From Intoshia linei (Eukaryota; Animalia; Orthonectida): DNA of 44,445 nt. Below the pieces are notes generated by a model. It ran no database searches. It worked only from the letters and a program-made list of their open reading frames with translations, and had not been told where the DNA came from. Shown one piece after another: positions 11,333 through 23,478 of this stretch (its first letter is position 1; the number at the start of each line of letters is the position of its first letter). The DNA is taken from positions 1 through 44,445 of the forward strand of contig LWCA01000174.1 of NCBI GenBank assembly GCA_001642005.1. The letters run 5' to 3'. A program made the translations under genes and the position numbers.

Positions 11333-14300
11333 ATGACTTATACACTTCCGAATAATATCAATTTTGGTTATTTGAAAAAAATATACGGCGGACACTCTGA
11401 TAGCACTCCTCATGATGCAATGAATTTGAATCATGTATATAATGCATATTATCAATACCGTGGAGGTTTATTAAAAACTCAGGTATAACTTTTAAAATTA
11501 AAAATTGGCCTGTACAAACTTTTAGATCCAACAAGCCATGAAATATACATGCGCAGATGAAATGTTTGTATATGAAAGTGAATACATGAATTTAATAGCA
11601 GAATTGGAACGTAGATATTATATTATTCGTGAAGTCGAATGGGAATTTAAAATGTTGGATTACTGTAATGTAAACAACATTACACTAGAAGATGCCAAGT
11701 CATTTTTAATTTATTTTTATAATTTTAGATATAGATGGCTAGCAAAAAGGACTCATGGTAAATTTTTTTCGGAATATGCATGGGATACGTTTTTATCAAA
11801 AAGGACATTCCCTTTATCCAGAGTAACTTTCGAACAATTACAGATTTTTCTCTGTTCTATTCCGTCTTACAAAGATCATCCAAGTTACTTTTATTAACGA
11901 ATTTTAATTTTTTTTAGTTGAAGTAAGATGCATTTTTATTTTAATAATATTGTAACATTGCACAGGTTGTTAAAATCAAAAAAGTCAAATTAATAGGTAA
12001 ATTTTATTTAAATTTTTAACCTCTTAACACAAATTTTTATAGAAAAGGTTAAAAAGGTAGATCCAATAGTGGTACAAGTTGAAGAACATATACCTGTACC
12101 AGAAATAAAAGAGGATATAAAAGAAAAGATATTACCGCCTCCCAATGGTTTTAACTTTAAAATTTAACTATAATTTCAACAGGAGAATCCGATTATCAAA
12201 AATCTTTACGAGAAAAATTACAACTAGCTATCGAATCTACAAATGAATCTGAAATTCAAAAATGTGTTAAAGATTGCTTGGAATCGGGTATATCTAAAAA
12301 CGATCAACAAATAGAAGAAGCAAATTTATTACTGAAACAGTTTGATTTGGCCAAAAGTAAAAATTATGAATATTTTTAATAATTTTAAAAATTTTAGAAT
12401 TAAGAAGTGGCATTGATCAAAAAAGTATAAAAATACTTGAAGATGCAATAGATAAAGTACGTCATTATGGTCTAGAAAATAACATGTCGAAATTAATGGA
12501 AGAAGCGATAAACGTATTGATGCAATTAAGAAGACTGGAAAGAATCAGGGCTGAAATATTAAAATTGACACAACCTACAGTTGCAGAAATTAAAAGTTAT
12601 AATAAACCACCAGAAGCTGTTCATCAAATTATGATTGCTACTTTTACATTGTTAGGTCATTCTGTCCAAGAAACAAAGGTATTGCATTAATATAGTGTTA
12701 TTCACTTTCGAAAATAAAATGAATGATAAGATGTATGATACATATTATATAATAATCTAAAAATGGATCTTAAATTAGATGAGGACTTCGAACTTCGGAG
12801 TCCGAACCTTGATATTTTAAGAAATGTGATAGATTTATTAAAAATGTACATTACAGTGTGTATTTAGATTTGGAAAACCGTGCAAGCTCTAATTAGTAAA
12901 ACCGGGAAAATGGGTTTGAAAAGACGATGTTTAGGTTGTGAGCCAGATAAATTATTGGAAAAAAATGCAATTGCAGCTAAAAAAATTATTATAAAATATG
13001 ATCTTGATGAAATAAGAGATGTATCTGCTGGAACAGCGACATTCTATTTATGGGTAAATTATCAACTTTTTTTTTAAATTGAATCATTACAGTCTAATTC
13101 CTCGTTAATGAAAATTTTTTAAACTAATGAAATATAATGAATTTCATCATTTATTTGTACAGTGATTGGGAAACCAATTTTAACTGTTTTAAAAAATTCA
13201 AAATCATATACTCCCCCTGATAATTTTTATATATTATAAGTAATGTAATTTAATTATGCATGTGCTCAATGAGTATTGCTAGTAAAATTAGGTTTATTTA
13301 TTTCTATTTAAGACTAATCGACATTTACATTTTAAACGCAAGGTTTACTTATTATTTCGAAGCTTTTTTTCTACCTTTACTGGATTTTTAAAATAAAATT
13401 AATGAAACATTTTAGCAATTTGAAATGTATTATTCCATTATTTTATATACTCCACAAATAGTATTAGTAGTTTACCAGTAGTTTAGAATTAAGTCAAAAT
13501 ATAAAAACATGAATAATTATTTATTATAAAAATATTAAAAAGAGAACCTTGAGCTATGATTATGATATAATAAATTTTTGATGTTTACTAAATTTAATTT
13601 GATATCATTTAATATTTAGTATAATTGATTAATCCATTATTATAAAAATATATACAAAATTTTTGTGGCCCTTATTTTATGTTGTTCCAAATAGAATTTT
13701 TTTCGATGGACCCGTTTGTAAACTCTGGTATATAACATATTATATTCGGCTTTGTCTTAATGCATTTGTTAATATATAATTAATTCTAAGCATTTTTTTT
13801 AATTTTTTTGAAGCTAACTGACTGTGCTTGATAGTTGAATTTTTTTTTTTGAAATTTTGACTATCCTAATAATGAATCATGTTTTTGATTGGTATAATCG
13901 CACATTCCAAGTTTTCATAAAAATATTTAAAGTTTTGATCAATTTAGGTTAAATTTTAGCCATAATTCTTCAAGTACAGTCAGTATTTTTTTATAAAATA
14001 TTTATTTTCTATTAGTAAAATTAAAAAATTGACGAAAAGAATGATAAACACATGATCAAAAACAAGAAAAGTATATTAAGAATTTTTTGATTTACCTTTA
14101 TCAATTCAATTTTTAATTAAATTCAGGTTTAAAATGTTTGCTTGTAGCTTGAATTAAGTTTATTAGATTTGTTTGCTATACATACTGTACTATTATCTTT
14201 GTATTATCAAGTATTAACTATGGGTAATTTTATTTTGTGATTAAATCATAAACCCCTAAAAGTTAATGTACTTGAGAAAAATACGTAGTTTGTTAATCGG

Positions 14301-14434
14301 GAATTTTTCCGTTAATTAGAAATTAGACTGTATTATATATCAAATATTAAATTTATGATTAGGCCATGACAATGATAGAGGAATATGATTTCTCCAAAGG
14401 TCTTCAAATTAAAGATGAAAAAAATCAAAATTAA
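11333..14434 (+). CDS. Uncharacterised protein: degenerate EF-hand-like N-terminus, Lys/Glu/Pro linker, helical region, C-terminal dynein heavy chain stalk microtubule-binding-like domain
   Basis: Exons 11333-11482, 11526-11883 (may contain an in-frame 30/36-nt intron from 11699), 11918-11922, 11966-11996, 12043-12147, 12183-12356, 12398-12678, 12868-13053, probable last exon 14363-14434; one continuous frame. AEIKSYNKPPEAVHQIMIATFTLLG...WKTVQ...VSAGTATFYLWAMTM. Last exon less certain. Confidence 0.75.
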
Positions 14435-14793
14435 ATATTGAAAATAAATTTTATTTGTACGATATGTGGAATAATTATAGAAAAAACAATGCACATTATA
14501 ATATTTATTCCGCGTACATTTACTGTACTACCTTGTTCTCTCCTTTGTGAGTTATATGTATGTCTTGTTTTTTTTGCCAAGAAACGGATTTTTTTCATGA
14601 TTCAGTAAATATAAAATAGTATGACTTAAAACTATCAATTTATGTTCAAATTGAAAAGTATAAATGTATACAATTATTCTAAAAAATCATAAACATTAGA
14701 AAATAGAGATTTTTAATATTTTCATTTTTTATATTAAACATTCACCCATTAAATATTATATAAATATGTATAAAGAATAATTTATTTTATTAG

Positions 14794-15795
14794 CATTTTA
14801 ATTGCAGCACCTCTTTGGGTTTTAAAAAAATATGAAGGTAAATGTTATTTGTTATAAATATATTTTAAAATGTTCACGTTTTGGCATAAAAGGTTTTATT
14901 AAAATGGTTTTTACCATTTACTGAGTAAGGGTTTTCAATTTGTGAGAAAAATATTTTATTTACATGTTAGTTATTGTTTGTTTTGAATGTGTAAAATCTG
15001 GGTCCCAAACAAAGTTCAAATTATTATTTTTTGAAAATTGATAATGGGGTTTATATTTAAAATATATACTCAATTTGACATATTCTAGTCAATTTGGTGT
15101 TTTGAAAATTATTTTTATATATATTGTCGATTTGTATCGATCAATAGTAAATATGTGACATCGGTTAAAAAGTTGTAAACTATTTTAAAATCATTTATCA
15201 TTATTAATTTAATTTCATGTGGAAAATCAATTTATTAATGTCATTAATTTTAATTATAGAATATGAAATTGAGGGAACTGTAAATCATATTTGTATGTAA
15301 AATGTAAAAATGCCTTTTTTTAAATATTACAGCAAAATAATAACAATAATTCAATTTGGTATACCTTTAATTATACTGATTTACATAAGTATTTCAATTC
15401 TCTCACTAATTTTCAAAAGTTTTAAATGGAGGAGTACAAGAATAAAAAAACGAAACAGTAGTATTAAAAATAAATTGCCTGTGAGTAGATTTCAATATTT
15501 AAAATGTAGTTTCAAATCAAAGATGGTTATAACAAAACGACATTACAAGTCTATTTTGGTGTTGGCATTAATAGTACTGATTTTTATAATCTTGTGGCTT
15601 CCCATCAATGTTATAAATATCTTGTATGATTACAATATCACCTTAGAATACAACCAATGGGTAATTTCTACGTGTCACATGTTGGTATAATTGTCTGCTT
15701 TTATACACCCTATTATATATGGATGGCTAAATGTGGAAATGAAGGATAAATTTGTCAGAATTTTTAAATGTTGTGTTATAGTATCCTACAGATAA
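14794..15795 (+). pseudogene. Rhodopsin-class (NPY/NPF/prolactin-releasing-peptide receptor-like) GPCR pseudogene, TM4-TM7
   Basis: Exon 14794-14837 (ILIAAPLW) and exon 15260-15795 with QFGIPLIILIYI (TM5), FIILWLPINVINILYD (TM6), CHMLV*LSAFIHPIIYGWLN (TM7). In-frame TAA at 15298-15300 and 15688-15690. Confidence 0.75.
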
Positions 15796-15839
15796 ACATA
15801 TATTATTATAAAACATTTAATAATAAATTTAAAAAATAA

Positions 15840-17221
15840 TTATTCATTTAAATCTTTTATTTGCGTAATATATAGTTTTTTCTAAAAAAATTAATTTTTT
15901 TAAATTATATTAACCTCCAAATGACATCTATATGTAATGGGATAAATTGTTTCATCTTGACTTAGAAAATTGTTAAAACGATTATCTTCCGATTTGTACT
16001 TATTAGTGAGTAGTTTCTAAATACAAATTAAATTTACATCTTTTTAATAGGATAATCTTTCTACCATTTAAAATCAAAATAATGTAATATGTAATCAAAA
16101 TCTTATAATTTATAAATATTAATAATAATAATAATTTAATAAACTTCTAATAATTTATACCAAAAAAAATATCATTTATTAAAAAATTTAAAAACAATTT
16201 AAAACATTTTTATATTTTAGTTTGATAATAGGAGGGACCAAAGCATATATTATTTTTATAAAAATAATTAAAAAATAGTAAAATAAATATTTAACTTTTA
16301 AAACTATATAAAATTATTAAATTCACTTAGTCAATTTCTCATGACAATTAAATATTATTATATAATTTCCCTATTATCATCTGTACCTTATAGCACATAT
16401 CAAGAACTTTGAATGCATCAGTGTTTTGATTTTCATTTTTTAATACTTTTTTTCCATCTTGTATCGCAGATTCAATATTATTTAAATTATAATGAATTTG
16501 ACTCCTCCGTATGAAAGCTTTAGTATAACATGGGTTTATACATATAGATTTATTTATATATTCTAATGCATTTTCATCCCTAATTTAAATAAATTAATTT
16601 TTAAATTTTGCATTTACTTTTCAAGTTTCATGTAAACTAAAGCCATGTTTGCTAATGAAATGTAATCTTTTGTATTGAGTTCAATTGCATTGGAATAGCA
16701 TTTTACGGCATCTGTAAACATACCAGTTTTAACCAATTTGTTTCCCTATAAAATTGATAATCATTTATAAAAAATAAAAAATAAACCATATTTTTAAATT
16801 TTATAGATTCTTTATATTTGTCACTTTCCAATTTATAATGATTTACACATTTCTCGTCCATTTCTGATGTAACTTTATCCTAGTTTAAATTTTTTAAAAT
16901 TATTACGTTCAACATTGTACCGCGTCATATTTATCCCACTTTTTATAATCAGTTGATGTAGTCTTACTTTTTTGTTTTTTAATTATTTTACATTTTTCTT
17001 CTTTAATTTTACAAGTAATGCTGGGTATTTTCTAAACTTGTATACATTTCAATAAATAATTTCTTAGATACAATTTTATTATTGTTTCTCAGTGCTTTCG
17101 CATGCTCGTCATCAAAATTTAAGGATTCGGCCCATTCGGATACATTTGTGACCATTTTGACAACATTTTTTTGATTTTCTTGTAAATTATTTTTTAATTT
17201 TAGCATATCATAGGCATCCAT
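15840..17221 (-). CDS. RPAP3: RPAP3/Spaghetti-like TPR co-chaperone, short form
   Basis: N-terminal LKNNLQENQK..VSEW, DYKKWDKYD motif, one 3-TPR clamp (KNMGNKLVKTG..AVKCYSNAIEL..LANMALVYMKL..YTKAFIRRS). Terminal exons 16016-15915 and 15881-15840 inferred. Confidence 0.7.
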
Positions 17222-17605
17222 TATGTTGGTTATTTATTGTTACCTATCCTTTATATATAAACATTTTGTACTGTTAACAACCAAGTATTATTTATTTATC
17301 ATAACAAATGTAATATAGTAGTTACATTAATGTTGACGAATTTTCAATAAATAGTATTGCTCCAAAAGTTAATCATATAGTATTAAATTTTATTAACAAT
17401 TTTTCATACCTTGCTAATTAAATTATTTAAAAAAAGAATATGGCCATGTAGAGGATTGACAAACTATCAAACTTGCTAATTGTAGAGATGATGGCGTATA
17501 AGTAAATTAGTAACACATGAAAAATTTAATAATTTGTAACAAATTATATTTTTACAATACTTTTTAAAATATGAAATTTTGTACAAACGAATTTAATAAG
17601 AATAT

Positions 17606-20600
17606 TTAGGTAGAATTTTTAAGGTAGAATAAAATGTATGCAGCTGAAGACTAAAAAAATTTAAAATAAAAATTAAATTTATAAACCTGTATTTTATTAT
17701 CTCCATTAAAATCGTAAATTTCATCATCATTCAAACTATACCAATAGTTATTTGATTGACAAAATGAAGTATCTAAATCAATTATAATTATTTATGTTTA
17801 AAGCGTCATACAATGGCCGGTATTAAGAGTTCCAAAATGATTGACAACAGCTATCAATGTGTATTTTTGATAATTATTATAATTTGTAGATTTTAATGGT
17901 TCAAAGTCATTCAATGGAAAATCTATATAATGTCCCAATTTGATAGTTAATTTTTTAATCAACGAAAATTCGAATCTATCAATTTAAATCAATATATTTC
18001 ATATTACCTGTTTAAATGTATTATTAAAAGTGTTGGAAGTTGGGGAATGGAAATGTGTTTAGTTGCATCTCTTTTTATATTACATTTACTGCAAACCCAA
18101 CCACATTCTTCTTTGCTGAGATGTTCACTTTCCAGAAAAGCATCCATGCAATCCTAATCAAATAGATAATATATTCATTAGTTTATAGAATTTAGTCATA
18201 ATAGACCAGCGGTTTCCAACATACTTCACAGTTGGTACCCCTAAACTGAAAAAAAAAAAAATTGGCACCCCATAATAATCCAAATTTAGTGTAACTATGA
18301 CACAGTATCAATTAAAAAAAATTGTTTTAAAAATTGTTAAAACTACTTGACCAATAATAAATATCTAAAAAATCGTTAATGATTAAACTGACGAAATAGA
18401 GACGTACATTTAATATGCAAACTTAAAATAGCAGAGACTATCAAATAAACGTAAATACACAAGGAACTAAATATATTATTACAAATTAATTTTCTATTAT
18501 TTTTGAGAATTAAAAAATATCTATAATTTATGAGTCACAGTATCAGACGAACGGGTACCTCAAAATAATTTATGGTGCTCCTTAGGGGTCCTAGTACACC
18601 ACATGGGAACCGCTGTAATAGACCAAGGAATCGCAGGTTTCGACATTTTTAAAGGGCTTACCACATAAAAAACAATTTTAAAACCAAAACGTGCGTTGCG
18701 TTACGTTGTGTTGTGAAACCCAAAACCCCTTAATCCTGAACACGTCACTAATGTAATATTTATATTTTTTTATTATATATTGATCCTTAAATCGAAAATT
18801 CTAGATTAATTTTCACATGGCAGCTTCAATGGTGTAATTAAAAAAATTATTAATTTCAAACATACTTATGGCGAACTACCAGTTCGGAACCTACCGTATC
18901 CGAGATCCCTCGGTAGAAGGATTTCGACGAAAGTTTTTTTAATGGAACCTTTAATTTACTAAATTGAGCAATTAATAAATAAAAATAAATCAATTTAAAT
19001 TAAATCAAAAAATTCTTGAATATCAACTAATTTGTGTGTTAAAAATAAAATGTCAAGTCAAGAGTCTTAGAGAGGTAAATAAAATTATATGACACTATAC
19101 TTCATTTACAAATTTTTTTACAGGGCTATTTTATATTTTAAGGGTGGCCACAAGCTTTCTAGGTTCTATTCTGGAAATATATAACTATCGAACTAAGTTA
19201 AATCATTACATATATTATATTTAATCCACATAAAAATTATTCACGTTATTCAGTAAATTTTCACTTCATTTTGATAAAATGATGTTTACGTTCACTAATA
19301 ATAATAATAAATGAACGATAATGAATAATATTCTAATGTAATATTATTGTTTTAAAAAAGGTTATTTTATTCAAAATTTTTGTTGTAGATCACTTTGGGA
19401 ACCACTGACCTACATAATGTATGAAAAAAATTAATTACTTGTAAGTCAGGTTTGTTGGTTTTTACAGCAGGCAACGTTAGAACGTGAAAATTACTAATAC
19501 TAAATGATTTTTGATTACAAAATTCACATTTAATTGTAGACGCAATTTGACCCTAATAAAAAAAATAATTAACTGTATAGTATAATACGTTATTATATAT
19601 GTGTAGTATATTGTTGAGATGATTATATAATTTATTTTTCATCACTCTATTTTCGTCAAAAATAAGGGTAATAATTTACTGTAATAAACTAATTGTTGAC
19701 CCACATATTCTATAAATCCAATTATTTAAAATAAATATTAAATTATTTGAATTTTAATTCAACATTAAATTAAATTAAAATTCTTACTTACAAATAAGTT
19801 TATTTTCACCATGAAACGACAATTTACCTTTTTTAAACAAAGAAACATCCCTAGAATTTTATAAGAAATGATAATGCTATACCCAGTTAAAACACATAAC
19901 AAATTTCTATCTGACAAAGTGACGTCTTTACGGTCAAACAAACACTTTAGTATTCATTTTTTTTTATTTCGAAACTATTTTATTAAAACAAAAACTTTAA
20001 AATAATTAACTGTCCTTTTTATAACGATAATACCAAAATAAAATTTTGATGTGATGTCTCAAAATTTTTTCATCATTAAAATAGGGTCGCGCGTGAAAAA
20101 GGTTAAAAAGCGCTGTTCTAGGATATGGTTTCTCAAACGGGGAGTTCCAAGTTCTCAAGGGGTCTCGAGAAGTTGAAATTATTTATATATTTAATAGGGA
20201 GGGGTCACGAGGTGCACAATATTGACAAGATCTGTTCTAGACAATTTCCAGAGGACATGGGTTCTCAACCTATTTTTATGGGAAGACCATATTTCACTAT
20301 ATCCATTTGACCATGTGCAATAACAAATCTAAAATGAAATGAAAATTACTAAAATTATAACCAAAATGACAAAAATAATGAAATAATCATATTTCTGAGA
20401 CAAATATTACGGTAATAAAACCATTTTACTCTTAAAGATAAATATATTTATTATTCATCTAATAATCCTAAAAATAAAATAAATTACCATGACGAATTTG
20501 GTAATAAAAGAAAATTCTTGATCGAGACTGTGTTTCATCAATACTTTAGAAGCTTCAGATAAATTCAGTTTACTTATATCCGGAGTTTTTTTATTTACAT

Positions 20601-23478
20601 CATTAGATACGCACTATAATTAATACTACATTTAATTTATAAATTTATCAAAACAAAATATAACATTATCAACCCTAATAATTGATTAAAATCATATACA
20701 AGGAGCGCTAGCCAAATTTATTTATTAAAATATATATTTGCGTTGACCTTACCACTTACTGTGTTGATATCAGCTGGCTATATAAATTCATACCTGACAC
20801 AAGGTCGAATTGGACAAGATAATATTAAAAAAAAATAAAAATTTAGTACAATTAAGCCAAAACGCCAACGTTATGGTACAGATTCTGTACGACATTGACA
20901 GTGTTGTTGAAGATTTTTTCTTATGCGACCCTGACCAATAATATTTTCGCTGCCTTACAACATTTAAAAAATAAATTACTTTTTTAATCTCAGAATGAAT
21001 ACTATCAAGCAAATTGGTCAAAAACTCGTGAGAATCTTGCTGTTGAAACCCTTCGAAATTGGTGAATTTTTTTGAAAAAAGATTCTAAAAATCACAAATG
21101 TTATATTACAAAACTATTAATAGTATCATTACTTTAAATATAATAGCTTGTGCAGTAATACTAGAATTTGTAGCTTTTTCTTTATTAAGCTCTTTAAATA
21201 AACCATGAATAGTTTTAGTAATATAGGCGCCATTAATTTCCCTAAAGTATATATATTTTATTAGATAATTCAACAAATATTACCTGTCAAATTCTACCAT
21301 TTCAACACCACGTACAAACATTTTGACGAAAAAAAGGGATTGAATAACACTATTCATGTAACAAGAATTTCCTAAGTTGTCTATTCCTTTATATTTATTT
21401 GTCTATATAATATTGTAAAAAACCAATATAATTAATTACGCAATGTGCTCCAATTCCATTGATACATTTTGCAGTAGGCAATGCAACTTTTCTAAATTTT
21501 CAATAATTTATAATTTTTAAAAAAAAACGATTTTGATCGTTCAACAGCTGAAGCGTTTATATGCGAAACGTTTGTGTACCTTTTTGAGACATCTGTCTTA
21601 ATATTAGTAAGATCTGGTGATGATGTTGACATGCTTTTTAAATCTATACAAATCCATTAATGCTAAAATATAAACAGTATACTTAAATTACTATTGGTAG
21701 GAACCACTTTTTGAACCGATGATAATTCACCATCTACTCCATTAGCCTAAAATATAAATAACCAAGCAACCCGAGTCTGGTAAATTTTTATTGAAAATTA
21801 GATCAATAAAAATTGATCTAATTTTATAAAAAACATCTAAATAACAAAAAACTTTAAAAGTAGATCAAATGTTTTAATAACTGTAGACATATCGACCTAT
21901 AGATACAAAAACGATATAACATTTCGCCATTCCACATTTTTGACACTTGATCTACGCAGTTAGAAAAGAAAATATTAATCATCAAGAAAAATTTTTTGGT
22001 AATTTTTGTTTTAGGCAAAGGGTACCCCTTTGAACCAAGACTTGAAAAATTATAATAAGTAAAAATGAACTAATTTTTATTAACCAATCAATACATCCAA
22101 TGTTAATTATAGTGATTAGTATTTCCCTCTAATTCGCATAATTCACGTAATTGACAGTATAAAATAATAACATATTGAAAACCTGAATCATGTCTAACTG
22201 CAACTTAGGTTTATTATCCCTTGAAAATGTTGGCACAATTTGTTCCTTATATTCTCTAAAATTTCAAAAACGTGTTAAAAAAGACTTACACTTTTGTGAC
22301 ACTTGGTTGTATTTTTGGGTATACATTATTAAAAGTAACACCATCAATTTGAGAATTAATGACTACTTTGTGTTGCATTTTTGAAACACGTGAAGGAAAG
22401 CTTTGACATGTCTTAACATAACTACCCTTCGGCACCATATGTTCAGTTAAATCCACTCTATTCGTCTCTGCCGGATATCTACTTACCCACTTTTTATAAC
22501 CACCATTCAAAATTTTAACATTTACTTTTATTTGATATGCAAACTAAATTTGTTGAATTATTTCACATTAAAATAAAACCGTTATAAATGCTTTTTTGAG
22601 TTTTTCGATACGATCAAAACACAAAATATCATTGGGAAAATCGTAATCAACAATAACAATATATTTAAAACTATTCAAATTTCGCATAATGACTTGTTCT
22701 TCCTTGTTGTTGTTTGCTTTAATATCCATAATAGTCATACTAAATATTATATACGAATTAAATAAAACTTTACCCAGCCTTGATGATTGCAGCATCAATT
22801 ACAACAACATTTTTAAAATTCATGAGAGGATAGTTTATTTCGGATTTTAAGTCAAAATCAACATCAAAAGAATTTGAAACTTCAAGGATAACAATATTTT
22901 CATCATTTTTGATTGCTTTGTGTAAATCAATCGGTTCAATATTTTCTACGGTACCTAAAAATAAATAAACTGTTATAATATAAAATACAATTTTTTTCAG
23001 AAATTTTTCGTTCCCTTTGTATTTTGGTAATTTTGTTTTGTTGTAAATTTTGACTGTCTTGTTCTTTCAATTTCATTTTCAAAACTTCTAAAACCTTAAA
23101 AGCTACATTAATCATTTCACTATGACTTCTTGTTATTTCCTAAATTATATGTTATTAGACTTTACATGAAAATTTATCACTTGGTCATTAAGACAATTTA
23201 CGTATTCTAAAAATGTGTACAATTTCTCAAAAGCTTCTTCATAACAATTGTTTTTTTTTGCATCCATACCTAAATTAAAAGTAAATTTTTTATATAAAAA
23301 CAAACCCTTTAAAAATATTTCTTCTAAATGTTTCTTTTTTCTATAAAACTCATGTATATTAAAATAATCATATTAACTACTTTTTAATTGAAATATTTCG
23401 AAAATCGCCAATTACACTTTTCATTTTAGTATTAATTTTGTCAACTATCAGTGTGTGAGTACTCTCCGATTGTGTCAT
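17606..23478 (-). CDS. USP8: Ubiquitin carboxyl-terminal hydrolase 8-like (MIT-like, rhodanese, USP domains)
   Basis: Multi-exon gene. Rhodanese ILNGGYKKWVSRYP; SSPDLT; Cys box GIDNLGNSCYMNSVIQ; QQQDSHEFL; zinc CEFC and CSKC; LPTLLIIHLNRF; His box VVNHFGTLNTGHY; WYSLNDD; AAYILFY. Confidence 0.9.
18207..18615. mobile_element. hAT (Buster-like) MITE
   Basis: TIRs CAGCGGTTTCCA / TGGGAACCGCTG; perfect 8-bp TSD TAATAGAC at 18199-18206 and 18616-18623. Confidence 0.92.
20124..20234. mobile_element. Short degenerate hAT MITE abutting another MITE right end
   Basis: Flanked by TTCTAGGA / TTCTAGAC; left end TATGGTTTCTCAAAC; preceded by AAAGGTTAAAAAGCGCTG (ends 20115); a third left end CATGGGTTCTCAACC at 20256. 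Confidence 0.6.

Noticed and set aside
15298-15690. TAA read-through or stop-codon reassignment in the GPCR
   Set aside because: Neighbouring conserved genes (MRPL22, UGDH, USP8, CELF) end at TAA and have no internal stops; upstream GPCR exons are also decayed
20125-20310. ORF track entries 20125-20310, 24654-24845, 25987-26256, 32049-32255, 32820-33089, 36773-36967, 40852-41055
   Set aside because: Chance ORFs in MITEs or AT-rich introns with F/I/K/N-biased composition
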